Virus record (IMG/VR): IMGVR_UViG_3300020182_000028
Span: 3,492 to 67,491 of that record
Direction: 5' to 3' (one strand)
DNA: 64,000 bases
DNA from: a virus
The notes beneath the pieces are model-generated. The model was not told the origin of the DNA. It worked only from the letters and a program-made list of their open reading frames with translations, and ran no database searches. Below are positions 30,487-39,090 of the stretch, one piece after another. Within the stretch, counting starts at the first letter, position 1. The number at the start of each line of letters is the position of its first letter. The translations under genes were made by a program, and so were the position numbers.

Positions 30487-31115
30487 GAATCGTAGCATTT
30501 GGATGTAGTATAACATACGGACAAAGTATGGAAGACAATCATCCTGAAAACATTGTTCCAAGTCAATATGCTTGGCCGCAACAATTGGCTAACATTGTTG
30601 GTACCGAAGCAATCAACAAAGGGCAAATGGGAGCAGGCTGTAAAGAAATTTTAAATATAATTCTTGATTTTGAATTCAAGCCGAGTGATGTGGTTGTAAT
30701 AGCTTGGTCATATCCGGAACGTTGGTCTATCATAAGCGAAGATAACAATGTAAAACAAATTGGTCCGTGGATGTGGGAAAACTATAAAAAGCCTTTACTA
30801 GATAAAGTAACAGCGACCGCTAATGTGTATTATGAATATATATGGAATGAGTACGATAGTTTCTTAGATCAAAGAAGAAACATAAAATTTGCTAAATTAT
30901 ATCTTGACAGCATCGGAATAAAAAGTTATCATACAACTATAATAGATGAGGAATATCAAAACAAAAAATGGTTTGACATTTCGTTACTTGACATAGGTAT
31001 AAGAAATTATATTAAAAGCAATACAAGAGCATTAGACGGATTACATCCAGGACAAGAGGCGCATCATAAGATAGCAAATGAGTTTTGGAATAAAACAAAC
31101 GGACTAAAAATATGA
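30483..31115 (+). CDS. SGNH hydrolase-like protein (GCS variant)
   Basis: AFGCSITYG, NKGQMGAG, DGLHPG. Confidence 0.7.
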   Translation: MRIVAFGCSITYGQSMEDNHPENIVPSQYAWPQQLANIVGTEAINKGQMGAGCKEILNIILDFEFKPSDVVVIAWSYPERWSIISEDNNVKQIGPWMWENYKKPLLDKVTATANVYYEYIWNEYDSFLDQRRNIKFAKLYLDSIGIKSYHTTIIDEEYQNKKWFDISLLDIGIRNYIKSNTRALDGLHPGQEAHHKIANEFWNKTNGLKI

Positions 31116-32224
31116 ATGAAGATTTAAAATGGTCAAATTATGACTTTACTAAAATACCCTTTGATGACATTGTTAGTGTTGGTCAGCGTACTTTGCTGTA
31201 TCGTGACCTATTTACTGTTAGTTGGTTACTCGGCAGATTCTGCAACTACAAATGCTCCTACTGTTGGCCTTATGCCCGCAGTGACCGTAAAGACCACCGT
31301 CCTACCGAATTATGTCTACAAACCATAGATGAAATAAAGAGACAAGCACGTGAAAATGGATTTAATAGTTTTCATTTTTCATTGTCTGGTGGCGAACCAA
31401 CCTTTCATCCAGGATATTTAGATATTCTGGGACATCTTGCAGACGATGTATCAAATACTAACTACACTAGTGTTCATATGACAACTAATATGTCACGTAA
31501 TGTTAAATGGCATGAGGATTATGTAGAGCGAGTTAAACCATTTCATCGTGCAAGTATCACTGCTAGTTTGCATACTGAGCATCTTAACACCAAAGATAAG
31601 ATGCAAGAGTTTGCAGATAAACTTATATTATGTCAGGAAAATGATGTACAAATTACAGTGAATATGGTTATGGTTCCAGATTGGTTTGAAAGAGATTGGG
31701 AAAACGCCCTGTTCTTCCACGAACAAGGAATCAACGTTACACTCAAACCTCAATCAGACCCTACTGCAAGTCGTGTGGTTGATGGATATACAGAAGAACA
31801 GATGAAAAGATTGTGGAATGGTATGCCACAACTTGCTTACACTGAGGTTAAACGTAAATGGAATGATAGACCAAAACCCAATTTCCAAGTTCCAGAATAT
31901 GCGATTGGTCAAAATGATAAGAGTGTACCTTGGCATATGCAAGTAGAGTTTACAGACTCAAAAGGTAAGAAATGGTATATGGATCAGGCTGAGCGTTTTA
32001 ATGCATTTAACTTTAATAACTTCGAAGGTTGGAGTTGTAACAGTGGCTATCAGGGTATCATAATACGTGAACCAGATGGTAGTATAAAACGTAGTTATAG
32101 TTGTGCAGACCAGCCATTGGGATATATCGAAAGTGGATTTAAACTATTTGACAAACCAATGCCATGTATAAGTAAGAGTTGTGTTAGTAGTGCAGATAGC
32201 AAAATACCAAAACGTAAGACATAA
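31112..32224 (+). CDS. Radical SAM/SPASM protein (rSAM 10)
   Basis: CNYKCSYC, LSGGEPT, C-terminal WSCNSG...SC...CISKSCVSSAD. Confidence 0.9.
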   Translation: MNEDLKWSNYDFTKIPFDDIVSVGQRTLLYRDLFTVSWLLGRFCNYKCSYCWPYARSDRKDHRPTELCLQTIDEIKRQARENGFNSFHFSLSGGEPTFHPGYLDILGHLADDVSNTNYTSVHMTTNMSRNVKWHEDYVERVKPFHRASITASLHTEHLNTKDKMQEFADKLILCQENDVQITVNMVMVPDWFERDWENALFFHEQGINVTLKPQSDPTASRVVDGYTEEQMKRLWNGMPQLAYTEVKRKWNDRPKPNFQVPEYAIGQNDKSVPWHMQVEFTDSKGKKWYMDQAERFNAFNFNNFEGWSCNSGYQGIIIREPDGSIKRSYSCADQPLGYIESGFKLFDKPMPCISKSCVSSADSKIPKRKT

Positions 32225-32225
32225 A

Positions 32226-32247
32226 AAAAGCACCCTAGGGTGCTTTT
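32226..32247. terminator. Bidirectional intrinsic terminator between convergent blocks
   Basis: Perfect palindrome AAAAGCACCCTAGGGTGCTTTT. Confidence 0.85.
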
Positions 32248-32251
32248 CTTT

Positions 32252-33121
32252 TTATACTGCCATTGGTGCTCGAATAGTTTCTCCCGGTTCATATCCTATA
32301 ACTTCGAAATCATCCATTTTAAAATCAAAGATAGATTGTATGTCACGTTTTATCATTAACTTTGGAAAGGCTCTTGTAGGGCGCTGTAGTTGCGCCTCAA
32401 CTGCTTCTATATGGTTATTATATATATGTCCATCTCCTATAACGTGAATAAATTCACCCACATCGTATTTACAAACATGTGCAAGCATATGAGTTAATAA
32501 TGAATAACTTGCAATATTAAATGGAACACCTAAGAATAAGTCTGCACTACGTTGATATAAACTACAACTTAATCTTCCATTGTTGTCTACATAGAACTGT
32601 GACATAACATGGCATGGAGGTAGTGCCATTTTATCTAAGTCACCAACATTCCATGAATTTAAAATATGCCTGCGTGATTGTGGATTATTTTTTAATCCTT
32701 GCACTAACTGATCTATTTGATCTATTCCATTAAAGTTTCGCCATTGTACTCCGTAGACTGGGCCCAAGTCTTTATTAGTGTCACTATTATAGTGTCCTAA
32801 TGCTTTGCCTTGTGCGTCTGCGTTGGCAGTCCATATTGTTGTTTTGCCAATAAGTTCTGCCCTAGGTTTACCATAATGAATTTCAGCAAGTCTTCGTTCA
32901 TTCATTGACCCTTCTAAGAACCAAAGTAATTCACTTAATACTGATTTAAATGGCACACGTTTGGTTGTTAAAAGAGGAAATCCATTACTAAGATTATATC
33001 TATTTGTAGTCATAAAAATAGAGCGTGTGCCAACACCAGTGCGCTCGGCACCACGTATTTCTCCTTTTTCTAGTGTATGATGCAGTAAATCTAAGTATTC
33101 ATCTTCTTCATAGTTTGTCAT
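32252..33121 (-). CDS. thyA: Thymidylate synthase
   Basis: RTGVGT, FPLLTTK, ELLWFL, LGPVYGVQWR, LPPCH, QRSADLFLGVPFNIASY, HIYNNH. Confidence 0.97.
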   Translation of the reverse strand: MTNYEEDEYLDLLHHTLEKGEIRGAERTGVGTRSIFMTTNRYNLSNGFPLLTTKRVPFKSVLSELLWFLEGSMNERRLAEIHYGKPRAELIGKTTIWTANADAQGKALGHYNSDTNKDLGPVYGVQWRNFNGIDQIDQLVQGLKNNPQSRRHILNSWNVGDLDKMALPPCHVMSQFYVDNNGRLSCSLYQRSADLFLGVPFNIASYSLLTHMLAHVCKYDVGEFIHVIGDGHIYNNHIEAVEAQLQRPTRAFPKLMIKRDIQSIFDFKMDDFEVIGYEPGETIRAPMAV

Positions 33122-33436
33122 TTATTCACTTTGGTCCCTATAACTTTGAAAATGTTGTTTTAAAATTTCTTTTACACTTTTTACTACACTCTCACGTAGG
33201 CTTGGTATATCTAGTAATATTTCAACATCATCAATTGAATCGAAATTTTTTGCCATATCTGCCCAACTGAAGTCACCACTAAGTGGCAGCGGCGATAATA
33301 GATCATCTCCATTCAGTGTAACCTCATGTCCATTTCGCATGATAACTTTAATACCTTTAATAAATGAAGATGGAATACTGATGGGAACCACTTCTTCCAT
33401 TATTCTATCAAATTCTTTTTCTCTATCGAATTCCAT
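33122..33436 (-). CDS. Hypothetical protein
   Basis: 104 aa ORF in operon. Confidence 0.6.
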   Translation of the reverse strand: MEFDREKEFDRIMEEVVPISIPSSFIKGIKVIMRNGHEVTLNGDDLLSPLPLSGDFSWADMAKNFDSIDDVEILLDIPSLRESVVKSVKEILKQHFQSYRDQSE

Positions 33437-33444
33437 ATTTATTC

Positions 33445-33723
33445 CTAACTTAGATGCCCATGTTCCTTCATTACCTCTATGTGTTCAAGCGATGCTAATA
33501 TAACTGCCGCCGCCTTCACTAATTCTCTTTCAAATTCTACAGAATTTGGAGGAGTAAGCATAGTTGCACGTTTGGTTTCCTGGGCCAAATAATATGATGT
33601 TATTGCAATCCAATCATTTGGAGAGTTTTTTGCATCATATTCACTGCCCGCCAAATCATATTGGCGAACACGTTCTTGCTCAATTCTACTTAGAATGCTA
33701 CTACGCTTACTATTAACAGACAT
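33445..33723 (-). CDS. Small all-alpha protein, possibly MazG-like NTP pyrophosphohydrolase fold
   Basis: EQERVRQ...NDW...ERELVKAAAVILASLE pattern; weak. Confidence 0.35.
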   Translation of the reverse strand: MSVNSKRSSILSRIEQERVRQYDLAGSEYDAKNSPNDWIAITSYYLAQETKRATMLTPPNSVEFERELVKAAAVILASLEHIEVMKEHGHLS

Positions 33724-34370
33724 TATGTTGCAGACTTCCTTGGACGGCCACGCTTCTTAGGAACATTTGGAACTGCAGATGTTTCTACTGACGCCTTCGC
33801 TTTTGGTTTCGCTGCTTTTTTTGCTTTAGGTTTCAGACTAGGATCATAATTATATGCTTCCTGTCTTTTTGCTTCTGCGTCTGCAGCCAACAAGTTTGCT
33901 TGTACCAAAAGATTCTGCGCAATTTGTTTATTTTCATCTGCCTTTGACGATTTAACATTTGAATCAATACGTGATTCTTGTGGTTCTACAGATTTGACTG
34001 TTTCTTGTTCTGTAGAATTCATTGCGGCATTGATTTCATTCAATGGTACATTTGTTTGTGTATTTGGAGTCATAATAATCTGATCTGTTGGGATCTTTGA
34101 AAGATGTCCTTCAGCGTGGAGTGTATCTAACATGACTTTGCCATGCCAAAATACTTTGCGTGAAAGAACTTCATATAGATTATTAGTTGTTTGGCCTTCA
34201 TTAGACTCAATTGCTTCCATATACGAATCGTGATAGCGATCCGGCAATGAATCACTGTACACTGCTAGAGCATTTTCTGGTTCATCAGGAAGAGACATGA
34301 AAACAACACTTAGTCTTTGTCCTGTTCCCTTATGTCTGCCAACGTGTTTTATAAATGGTGCAGTTGCCAT
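33723..34370 (-). CDS. Conserved large-phage hypothetical protein with basic C-terminal tail
   Basis: 215 aa; KKRGRPRK AT-hook-like tail. Confidence 0.6.
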   Translation of the reverse strand: MATAPFIKHVGRHKGTGQRLSVVFMSLPDEPENALAVYSDSLPDRYHDSYMEAIESNEGQTTNNLYEVLSRKVFWHGKVMLDTLHAEGHLSKIPTDQIIMTPNTQTNVPLNEINAAMNSTEQETVKSVEPQESRIDSNVKSSKADENKQIAQNLLVQANLLAADAEAKRQEAYNYDPSLKPKAKKAAKPKAKASVETSAVPNVPKKRGRPRKSAT

Positions 34371-34375
34371 AATTG

Positions 34376-34633
34376 TTAACCTGCTTCTTCGGGTGTTTCA
34401 GTTTCACCAGTTACTTCTGCTGCCGCTGCATTTTGTGCCTGTACGTGATCCACAAATGCTTTAACACGATTTGCAGTATTTCCTACTGCAGATAGTTCAC
34501 CTGCTTGGAATGCTCCGCGCTTTGATGCTAGATCAATAATAGCATATACATTAACAAGATCGTTAACTGTAACCGCTGGTACTTCTGCTGGTGCTTCTGC
34601 AGCAACTTCAGGTGCTTGAGTTTCTTCTGACAT
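34376..34633 (-). CDS. Small acidic conserved viral protein
   Basis: DL..V..IIDLASKRGAF...E...VG helical motif; GGAG SD. Confidence 0.6.
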   Translation of the reverse strand: MSEETQAPEVAAEAPAEVPAVTVNDLVNVYAIIDLASKRGAFQAGELSAVGNTANRVKAFVDHVQAQNAAAAEVTGETETPEEAG

Positions 34634-34698
34634 ATTAAGTTTCTCCTATTTTGTCAATTTATTATATATAATATGAATAAACTCTTATTCATACTACA

Positions 34699-34727
34699 AT
34701 TATACTATATTAAGTGATTGTTGTCAA
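34699..34727 (-). promoter_or_regulatory. Sigma70-type promoter
   Basis: TTGACA-17 nt-TATAAT. Confidence 0.8.
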
Positions 34728-34733
34728 GTGATT

Positions 34734-35273
34734 TTATGCAACCATATTTACATATTCATCTGGCCAGTTTAGATATTTTAGCCAAATTTCATGCTTTATG
34801 TTTAATGTAAAATTTTTACTTCCATACATTTGATAAAAACTGGGTTTATCTGGCATAACTTTGGGTACAATATTTGAATTATTTCCTTTACTATGATTGC
34901 ATTTTTTACACGCACTTACGATATTATGCCAATTTGTTCTGCCACCCTTACTTCTTGGTAATATATGATCAAGTGTTAAATCTTTCTTATTGAATGTATT
35001 ATGACAATATTGACATGTATATCTGTCACGTATAAAAACATTTGCTCGGCAGAAATTAATTGTGCCAGAGTGTGGCATGTATTCCCTAACACAAATAACA
35101 CTAGGTACATGCATACTATGATTAACTGACCTTACAGTCCAATCATGCCATTCAAGTACATTTATCTTATCTAACCAGATAAGTTTTATACTCTCTTGCC
35201 AGGTTAAAGTTGATAACGGTGTCACGCTTAACGGCGCACCATTAGCATTCAATAATAGTGTATCATTGCTCAT
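34734..35273 (-). CDS. HNH endonuclease (McrA-like)
   Basis: RDRYTCQYC...TLDHILPRSKGG...CKKCNHSK. Confidence 0.9.
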   Translation of the reverse strand: MSNDTLLLNANGAPLSVTPLSTLTWQESIKLIWLDKINVLEWHDWTVRSVNHSMHVPSVICVREYMPHSGTINFCRANVFIRDRYTCQYCHNTFNKKDLTLDHILPRSKGGRTNWHNIVSACKKCNHSKGNNSNIVPKVMPDKPSFYQMYGSKNFTLNIKHEIWLKYLNWPDEYVNMVA

Positions 35274-35278
35274 AATTA

Positions 35279-35286
35279 TATTTATA
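35279..35286 (-). promoter_or_regulatory. T4-type late promoter TATAAATA, 5 nt before the HNH ATG
   Basis: TATAAATA-TAATT-ATG. Confidence 0.55.
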
Positions 35287-35297
35287 CTTATATTTTA

Positions 35298-36632
35298 CTA
35301 TGATTCGTAATATGTGTATTCGCCAAATGGTGGCACAATATGCTGTGAGCCATGAATAACAAACAAAGTTTCACAATACGCAGGATTACCCCAACTACCA
35401 AATGGCATACCATCAGTAAACATGATAAACTTATCCGGTTCAATTTGATTTTCTTCCATGAAGTCCCAATTACAAGCAAAATCTGTTCCTCCGCAGCCAA
35501 TAATTTCATACTCTTTTAATTCTTCTGAATTCATTGGTGTAAATTCTTTAAATGATTCGGGATATACATGAGTATCAAAAGTCCATATTTTTAAACGGAA
35601 ATCTTGAAATTGTTGCATGATTCCATAAATTTCTCCCAAGAAGTCACGGATCATATCTTTAGATATAGAACCAGATACATCAATACCTATTGCAGCATCT
35701 ACCATAACTTCATTGTCCATACCTGGTAGATAGATACCCATACTACGTGATTTGCGAGATTGCCGCATCCATGTAAAATCTGCTTTTTGAGAACTTTGGA
35801 TACTTAGATTAATATATTCACGCCAGTCCATTTTCGGTTCTGTCATATCTTTAATCATACGCTTGATATCACCAGGAAGATTGCCAGCACCAGATGCTTG
35901 AGCGGCCTGTAATACAGCCTGTTTCATTTGGTCTTTAATTTCTTTGGCTTCTTCTTTTGAAATTTTGATAGGAGCTTTACGTCCAGTGGGATCATTTTCG
36001 CCACTGCCATTACCTTCACTATCACCGAACATATGTTCATCAAGTGTGTCAGTATCACTAAAATCTTTTCCATCTTTTTGTTGTTGTAAGAGGTCACGAT
36101 ATATTTCTTCGGTATATGATTTGTAATATTTGCGGTCATACAATGCTTGCTTTGGCATTGTGCCGATTTTTGATTCTACTGTTGCCTGATTGACTTTATA
36201 ATCAGCAGCAATATTCCACAACTTTGCATCACGCTCGTCTTCTACGAAGTCCATTAAACGACTGCCAATACCACAATGATCATATACACAGTGAAATACC
36301 TCATGTCCTACAATGAAGTCAATTTCTTCGGGTGTCATAGTGCGGAAGAAATCTGAATTATAATAGAAATGTTTACCATCTACTGCGGCTGTTGGGCACC
36401 ATTCTGCCTCAACAAGTTTCAAACGTGTAGCAAGTGTACCAAAGAAGGGATGTTTAATCAATAGACGAACACGTCCTGAAACAATCATTTCTTTAACTTC
36501 ATTATCAGTATATTCGAATACTACAGGTTCTTCAGAATTTTCATCGATTTCTATACCGTTTTCCTTTAAAAGGTCATCAAATACTGCATTGAAATCATCT
36601 TCAGTTGTAATTTTTTCTGGTTCGATACGCAT
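35298..36632 (-). CDS. Metallopeptidase + VWA-like domain protein (DUF2201-type)
   Basis: PFFG.LA, TAAVDG, HEVFH (HExxH), DVSGS MIDAS, GGTDF, FTDG. Confidence 0.85.
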   Translation of the reverse strand: MRIEPEKITTEDDFNAVFDDLLKENGIEIDENSEEPVVFEYTDNEVKEMIVSGRVRLLIKHPFFGTLATRLKLVEAEWCPTAAVDGKHFYYNSDFFRTMTPEEIDFIVGHEVFHCVYDHCGIGSRLMDFVEDERDAKLWNIAADYKVNQATVESKIGTMPKQALYDRKYYKSYTEEIYRDLLQQQKDGKDFSDTDTLDEHMFGDSEGNGSGENDPTGRKAPIKISKEEAKEIKDQMKQAVLQAAQASGAGNLPGDIKRMIKDMTEPKMDWREYINLSIQSSQKADFTWMRQSRKSRSMGIYLPGMDNEVMVDAAIGIDVSGSISKDMIRDFLGEIYGIMQQFQDFRLKIWTFDTHVYPESFKEFTPMNSEELKEYEIIGCGGTDFACNWDFMEENQIEPDKFIMFTDGMPFGSWGNPAYCETLFVIHGSQHIVPPFGEYTYYES

Positions 36633-36662
36633 GTAATTTCCCTTTTCATTTACTCAAATAGT

Positions 36663-36691
36663 AATATAGCATCTATTATTTAGATTGTCAA
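36663..36691 (-). promoter_or_regulatory. Sigma70-type promoter for the VWA gene
   Basis: TTGACA-17 nt-TATATT. Confidence 0.7.
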
Positions 36692-36693
36692 GA

Positions 36694-36718
36694 AAAAAGG
36701 GCATCTAGTGCCCTTTTT
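36694..36718. terminator. Intrinsic terminator after the AAA ATPase gene
   Basis: AAAAAGGGCA-TCTAG-TGCCCTTTTT. Confidence 0.8.
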
Positions 36719-36723
36719 ATTAA

Positions 36724-37851
36724 TTAAGTATTATGAGCATCAATAATTAGTTTACCATACTTTTTGAAAAACTTTTCAATACAAGGAACTTTGCGTGGCT
36801 CTAGTGGAAGTTTATAAACTTTAAGTGCAGTCCGACCACCAAGTACGGTCATTTCTGTTTCAAAGTTATCCATCATAAAGTTGAAGAAATTGTTAGCCAT
36901 TTTGTATAACTCATCCATTTTTTCTTTGCCGTTACGGTCTAAAAAATCTTTAAGTTCGTAGCATAGTGAAGCAGTTAGTGAGAACATGGCAGATATTTCA
37001 CGTGCTTCCGGTGTTAATGTAGTAACTGTGCCATTTAAGATGTCAGTTGGATTAGGAAGTTTGCCTGCAATTGCACGATGTGCCATAAACTTAGTAGCGA
37101 TACCATCGCCCACTGTGCCAGAAATCAAGTCATGCAAACGACTATCAGTGATTTGCTCACCTGGCATTGGGAGCATTTGAGATACGAAAGTCCATGAACG
37201 AGGAGTTGCAAATGCCCGCGATGCAGTGCGAGGATCAAAGCTCATTAGATCCATTTTATTAGCAGTAACATAACCTACGACTTCTGCATCTATATTATTC
37301 TCAAGTGCCCAAGTCTGCCAATCTTCAAAATCAGTTGTCATTTCAAGGTGAACAAAGCGGTTAGCAAGTGCAGTAGGCATACGATACGCAACCCCACGGT
37401 CACTTTCACGGTTACCTGCAGCAACGATTAGAACATTTTCAGGAAGTTTATAGTTACCTAGACGCCGATTAAGAATTAACTGATATGCTGCTGCTTGTAC
37501 TGATTGCGGTGCCTGATTCATTTCATCTAAGAATAAAACAATACAATCAAACTGGTCAGCAAGTTCTTGAGTGGGAAGATCAGCAGGCGGTAACCATTCC
37601 ATCAGTCCAGTCTCAATATTTGGAACAGGAATACCACGCAAGTCTGTGGGCTCCATAAGTGCAAGCCGCATATCAATCATATATCCTGATCGTTCTTGTG
37701 TAATAGAACTTACAATTTCAGATTTTCCAATGCCCGGAGGTCCCCAAATAAAGACAGGACGCTTTCGATTCATTGCATAGTTAACTTCTTCACGAATATC
37801 ACTTGGGCGAACTAAACGAACATCCATATCATGAGTTGAAACTTGTACCAT
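36724..37851 (-). CDS. MoxR-like AAA+ ATPase
   Basis: WGPPGIGKS (Walker A), LFLDEMN (Walker B), AAGN, ALANRF. Confidence 0.9.
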   Translation of the reverse strand: MVQVSTHDMDVRLVRPSDIREEVNYAMNRKRPVFIWGPPGIGKSEIVSSITQERSGYMIDMRLALMEPTDLRGIPVPNIETGLMEWLPPADLPTQELADQFDCIVLFLDEMNQAPQSVQAAAYQLILNRRLGNYKLPENVLIVAAGNRESDRGVAYRMPTALANRFVHLEMTTDFEDWQTWALENNIDAEVVGYVTANKMDLMSFDPRTASRAFATPRSWTFVSQMLPMPGEQITDSRLHDLISGTVGDGIATKFMAHRAIAGKLPNPTDILNGTVTTLTPEAREISAMFSLTASLCYELKDFLDRNGKEKMDELYKMANNFFNFMMDNFETEMTVLGGRTALKVYKLPLEPRKVPCIEKFFKKYGKLIIDAHNT

Positions 37852-37890
37852 TATGATTCTCTTTCTATTTTGATTACTACTATAACTTAT

Positions 37891-37919
37891 AGTATAGCGT
37901 AGTTGAATTGTACTGTCAA
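37891..37919 (-). promoter_or_regulatory. Sigma70-type promoter
   Basis: TTGACA-17 nt-TATACT. Confidence 0.75.
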
Positions 37920-37926
37920 GAACTTT

Positions 37927-38235
37927 TTAAGACTGGAGAGGAGATGCTGGTATTGCATTTTCTACTAGAAAAGCACGGTAACCTTCGTCAACATCCATTA
38001 ACTCATTTTGCCATTCTTTCCATGTCATGGCTTCTATCGGAAACTCTTTGCAATACAGATCATTTACCATATATTTTGCAGCAATAAATGCCATAGCATC
38101 TTGTGGACGTTCTACATCTTTCACAATATATTCATTGCCGCCCTTCATTTTCCAGTAAGCATTACCATTTGAAAATTTGCCATCTGCTGAATGTGCACCA
38201 TAATTTTCTAGAATTTGTGTTTTAACAACAAACAT
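37927..38235 (-). CDS. Small hypothetical early protein
   Basis: 102 aa; under GANTC-box promoter 38267..38295. Confidence 0.65.
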   Translation of the reverse strand: MFVVKTQILENYGAHSADGKFSNGNAYWKMKGGNEYIVKDVERPQDAMAFIAAKYMVNDLYCKEFPIEAMTWKEWQNELMDVDEGYRAFLVENAIPASPLQS

Positions 38236-38266
38236 ATCATATCCCTTTATTACTGTCTATATATTC

Positions 38267-38295
38267 TTTATATAGTGATTCGTTTAGAATGTCAA
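38267..38295 (-). promoter_or_regulatory. Sigma70-type early promoter with CGAATCACT (GANTC) spacer box
   Basis: TTGACA-TTCTAAA-CGAATCACT-A-TATAAA. Confidence 0.85.
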
Positions 38296-38307
38296 GAGGA
38301 ATATTTA

Positions 38308-38670
38308 TTATTGTGTGTATTTTTTATTTTCGATCCATAAATCGAAATCGCTATCAAGTAATAAAAACTCTGCCGCTAATGATTCTTCAAAAATTATAAG
38401 TTTACCATTACGCAAATAATATGGGGTAGACATATATCTATCCAATTGTATTATTTGTGTTCCGGTTTCTATCATGTAAGCGGTTTGTAATTTAATAGTA
38501 TAGGTATCAAATTGCCTAGACATTATATCCTTGCCCATCGTGGTCAATCTGAAATTATGATTTTCTTTTGTTGAACTAATAAAAATATCATTGGTTTTAT
38601 ATTCTTTTCTACCAGCACATTTACCTTTTGTATTTAAGTTTAGGTATGTTATTAATTCAGTTTTAGTCAT
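38308..38670 (-). CDS. Hypothetical protein
   Basis: 120 aa ORF. Confidence 0.6.
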   Translation of the reverse strand: MTKTELITYLNLNTKGKCAGRKEYKTNDIFISSTKENHNFRLTTMGKDIMSRQFDTYTIKLQTAYMIETGTQIIQLDRYMSTPYYLRNGKLIIFEESLAAEFLLLDSDFDLWIENKKYTQ

Positions 38671-38682
38671 TGTAATGTTATG

Positions 38683-38973
38683 TTATTTCGGAGATAACTT
38701 TTGTCCCTTATCAAGCAAATAAACTTCAAAATCATCACATTTAAATAAATCATTTAGTTTTTCTGCTAAGTTATAAGCATGTCCAGGATTTGAAAAAGAG
38801 CACTTTTTATATTTCGGTCCCGGAAAGTTAATTAGACTATTAAGTGACCGTAAGTTGATTGCCTCACCTTTGTAAAATACAGCATATATTGCAGTCGCTT
38901 TAAGAACTTGTTCGCTTCTATATGTTTTAGAGTCTGTATACTCTAATATTATTGTTGGTTTAGGTCTTGCCAT
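38683..38973 (-). CDS. Conserved large-phage hypothetical protein
   Basis: 96 aa, MARPKP...FSNPGHAYNLA; AAGGA SD. Confidence 0.65.
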   Translation of the reverse strand: MARPKPTIILEYTDSKTYRSEQVLKATAIYAVFYKGEAINLRSLNSLINFPGPKYKKCSFSNPGHAYNLAEKLNDLFKCDDFEVYLLDKGQKLSPK

Positions 38974-39000
38974 GATATTTTATTCCTTAATTGTTAAGTA

Positions 39001-39008
39001 TATTTATC
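39001..39008 (-). promoter_or_regulatory. T4-like late promoter GATAAATA
   Basis: GATAAATA-TACT, same context as 41062 and 62847. Confidence 0.55.
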
Positions 39009-39040
39009 TAAATTTAACTATTATATGCTGATATAACGTA

Positions 39041-39067
39041 AAAAAAGCGCCCTAAAAGACGCTTTTT
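39041..39067 (-). terminator. Intrinsic terminator after the SbmA-like gene
   Basis: Minus strand AAAAAGCGTCT-TTT-AGGGCGC-TTTTTT. Confidence 0.7.
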
Positions 39068-39090
39068 AATTTTATATTGTAGTACTGTTA

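Noticed and set aside
34711-34720. AATCAC in the spacer of promoter 34699..34727 as a fifth GANTC box
   Set aside because: Reads CAATCAC, not GAATC, and sits in a different register
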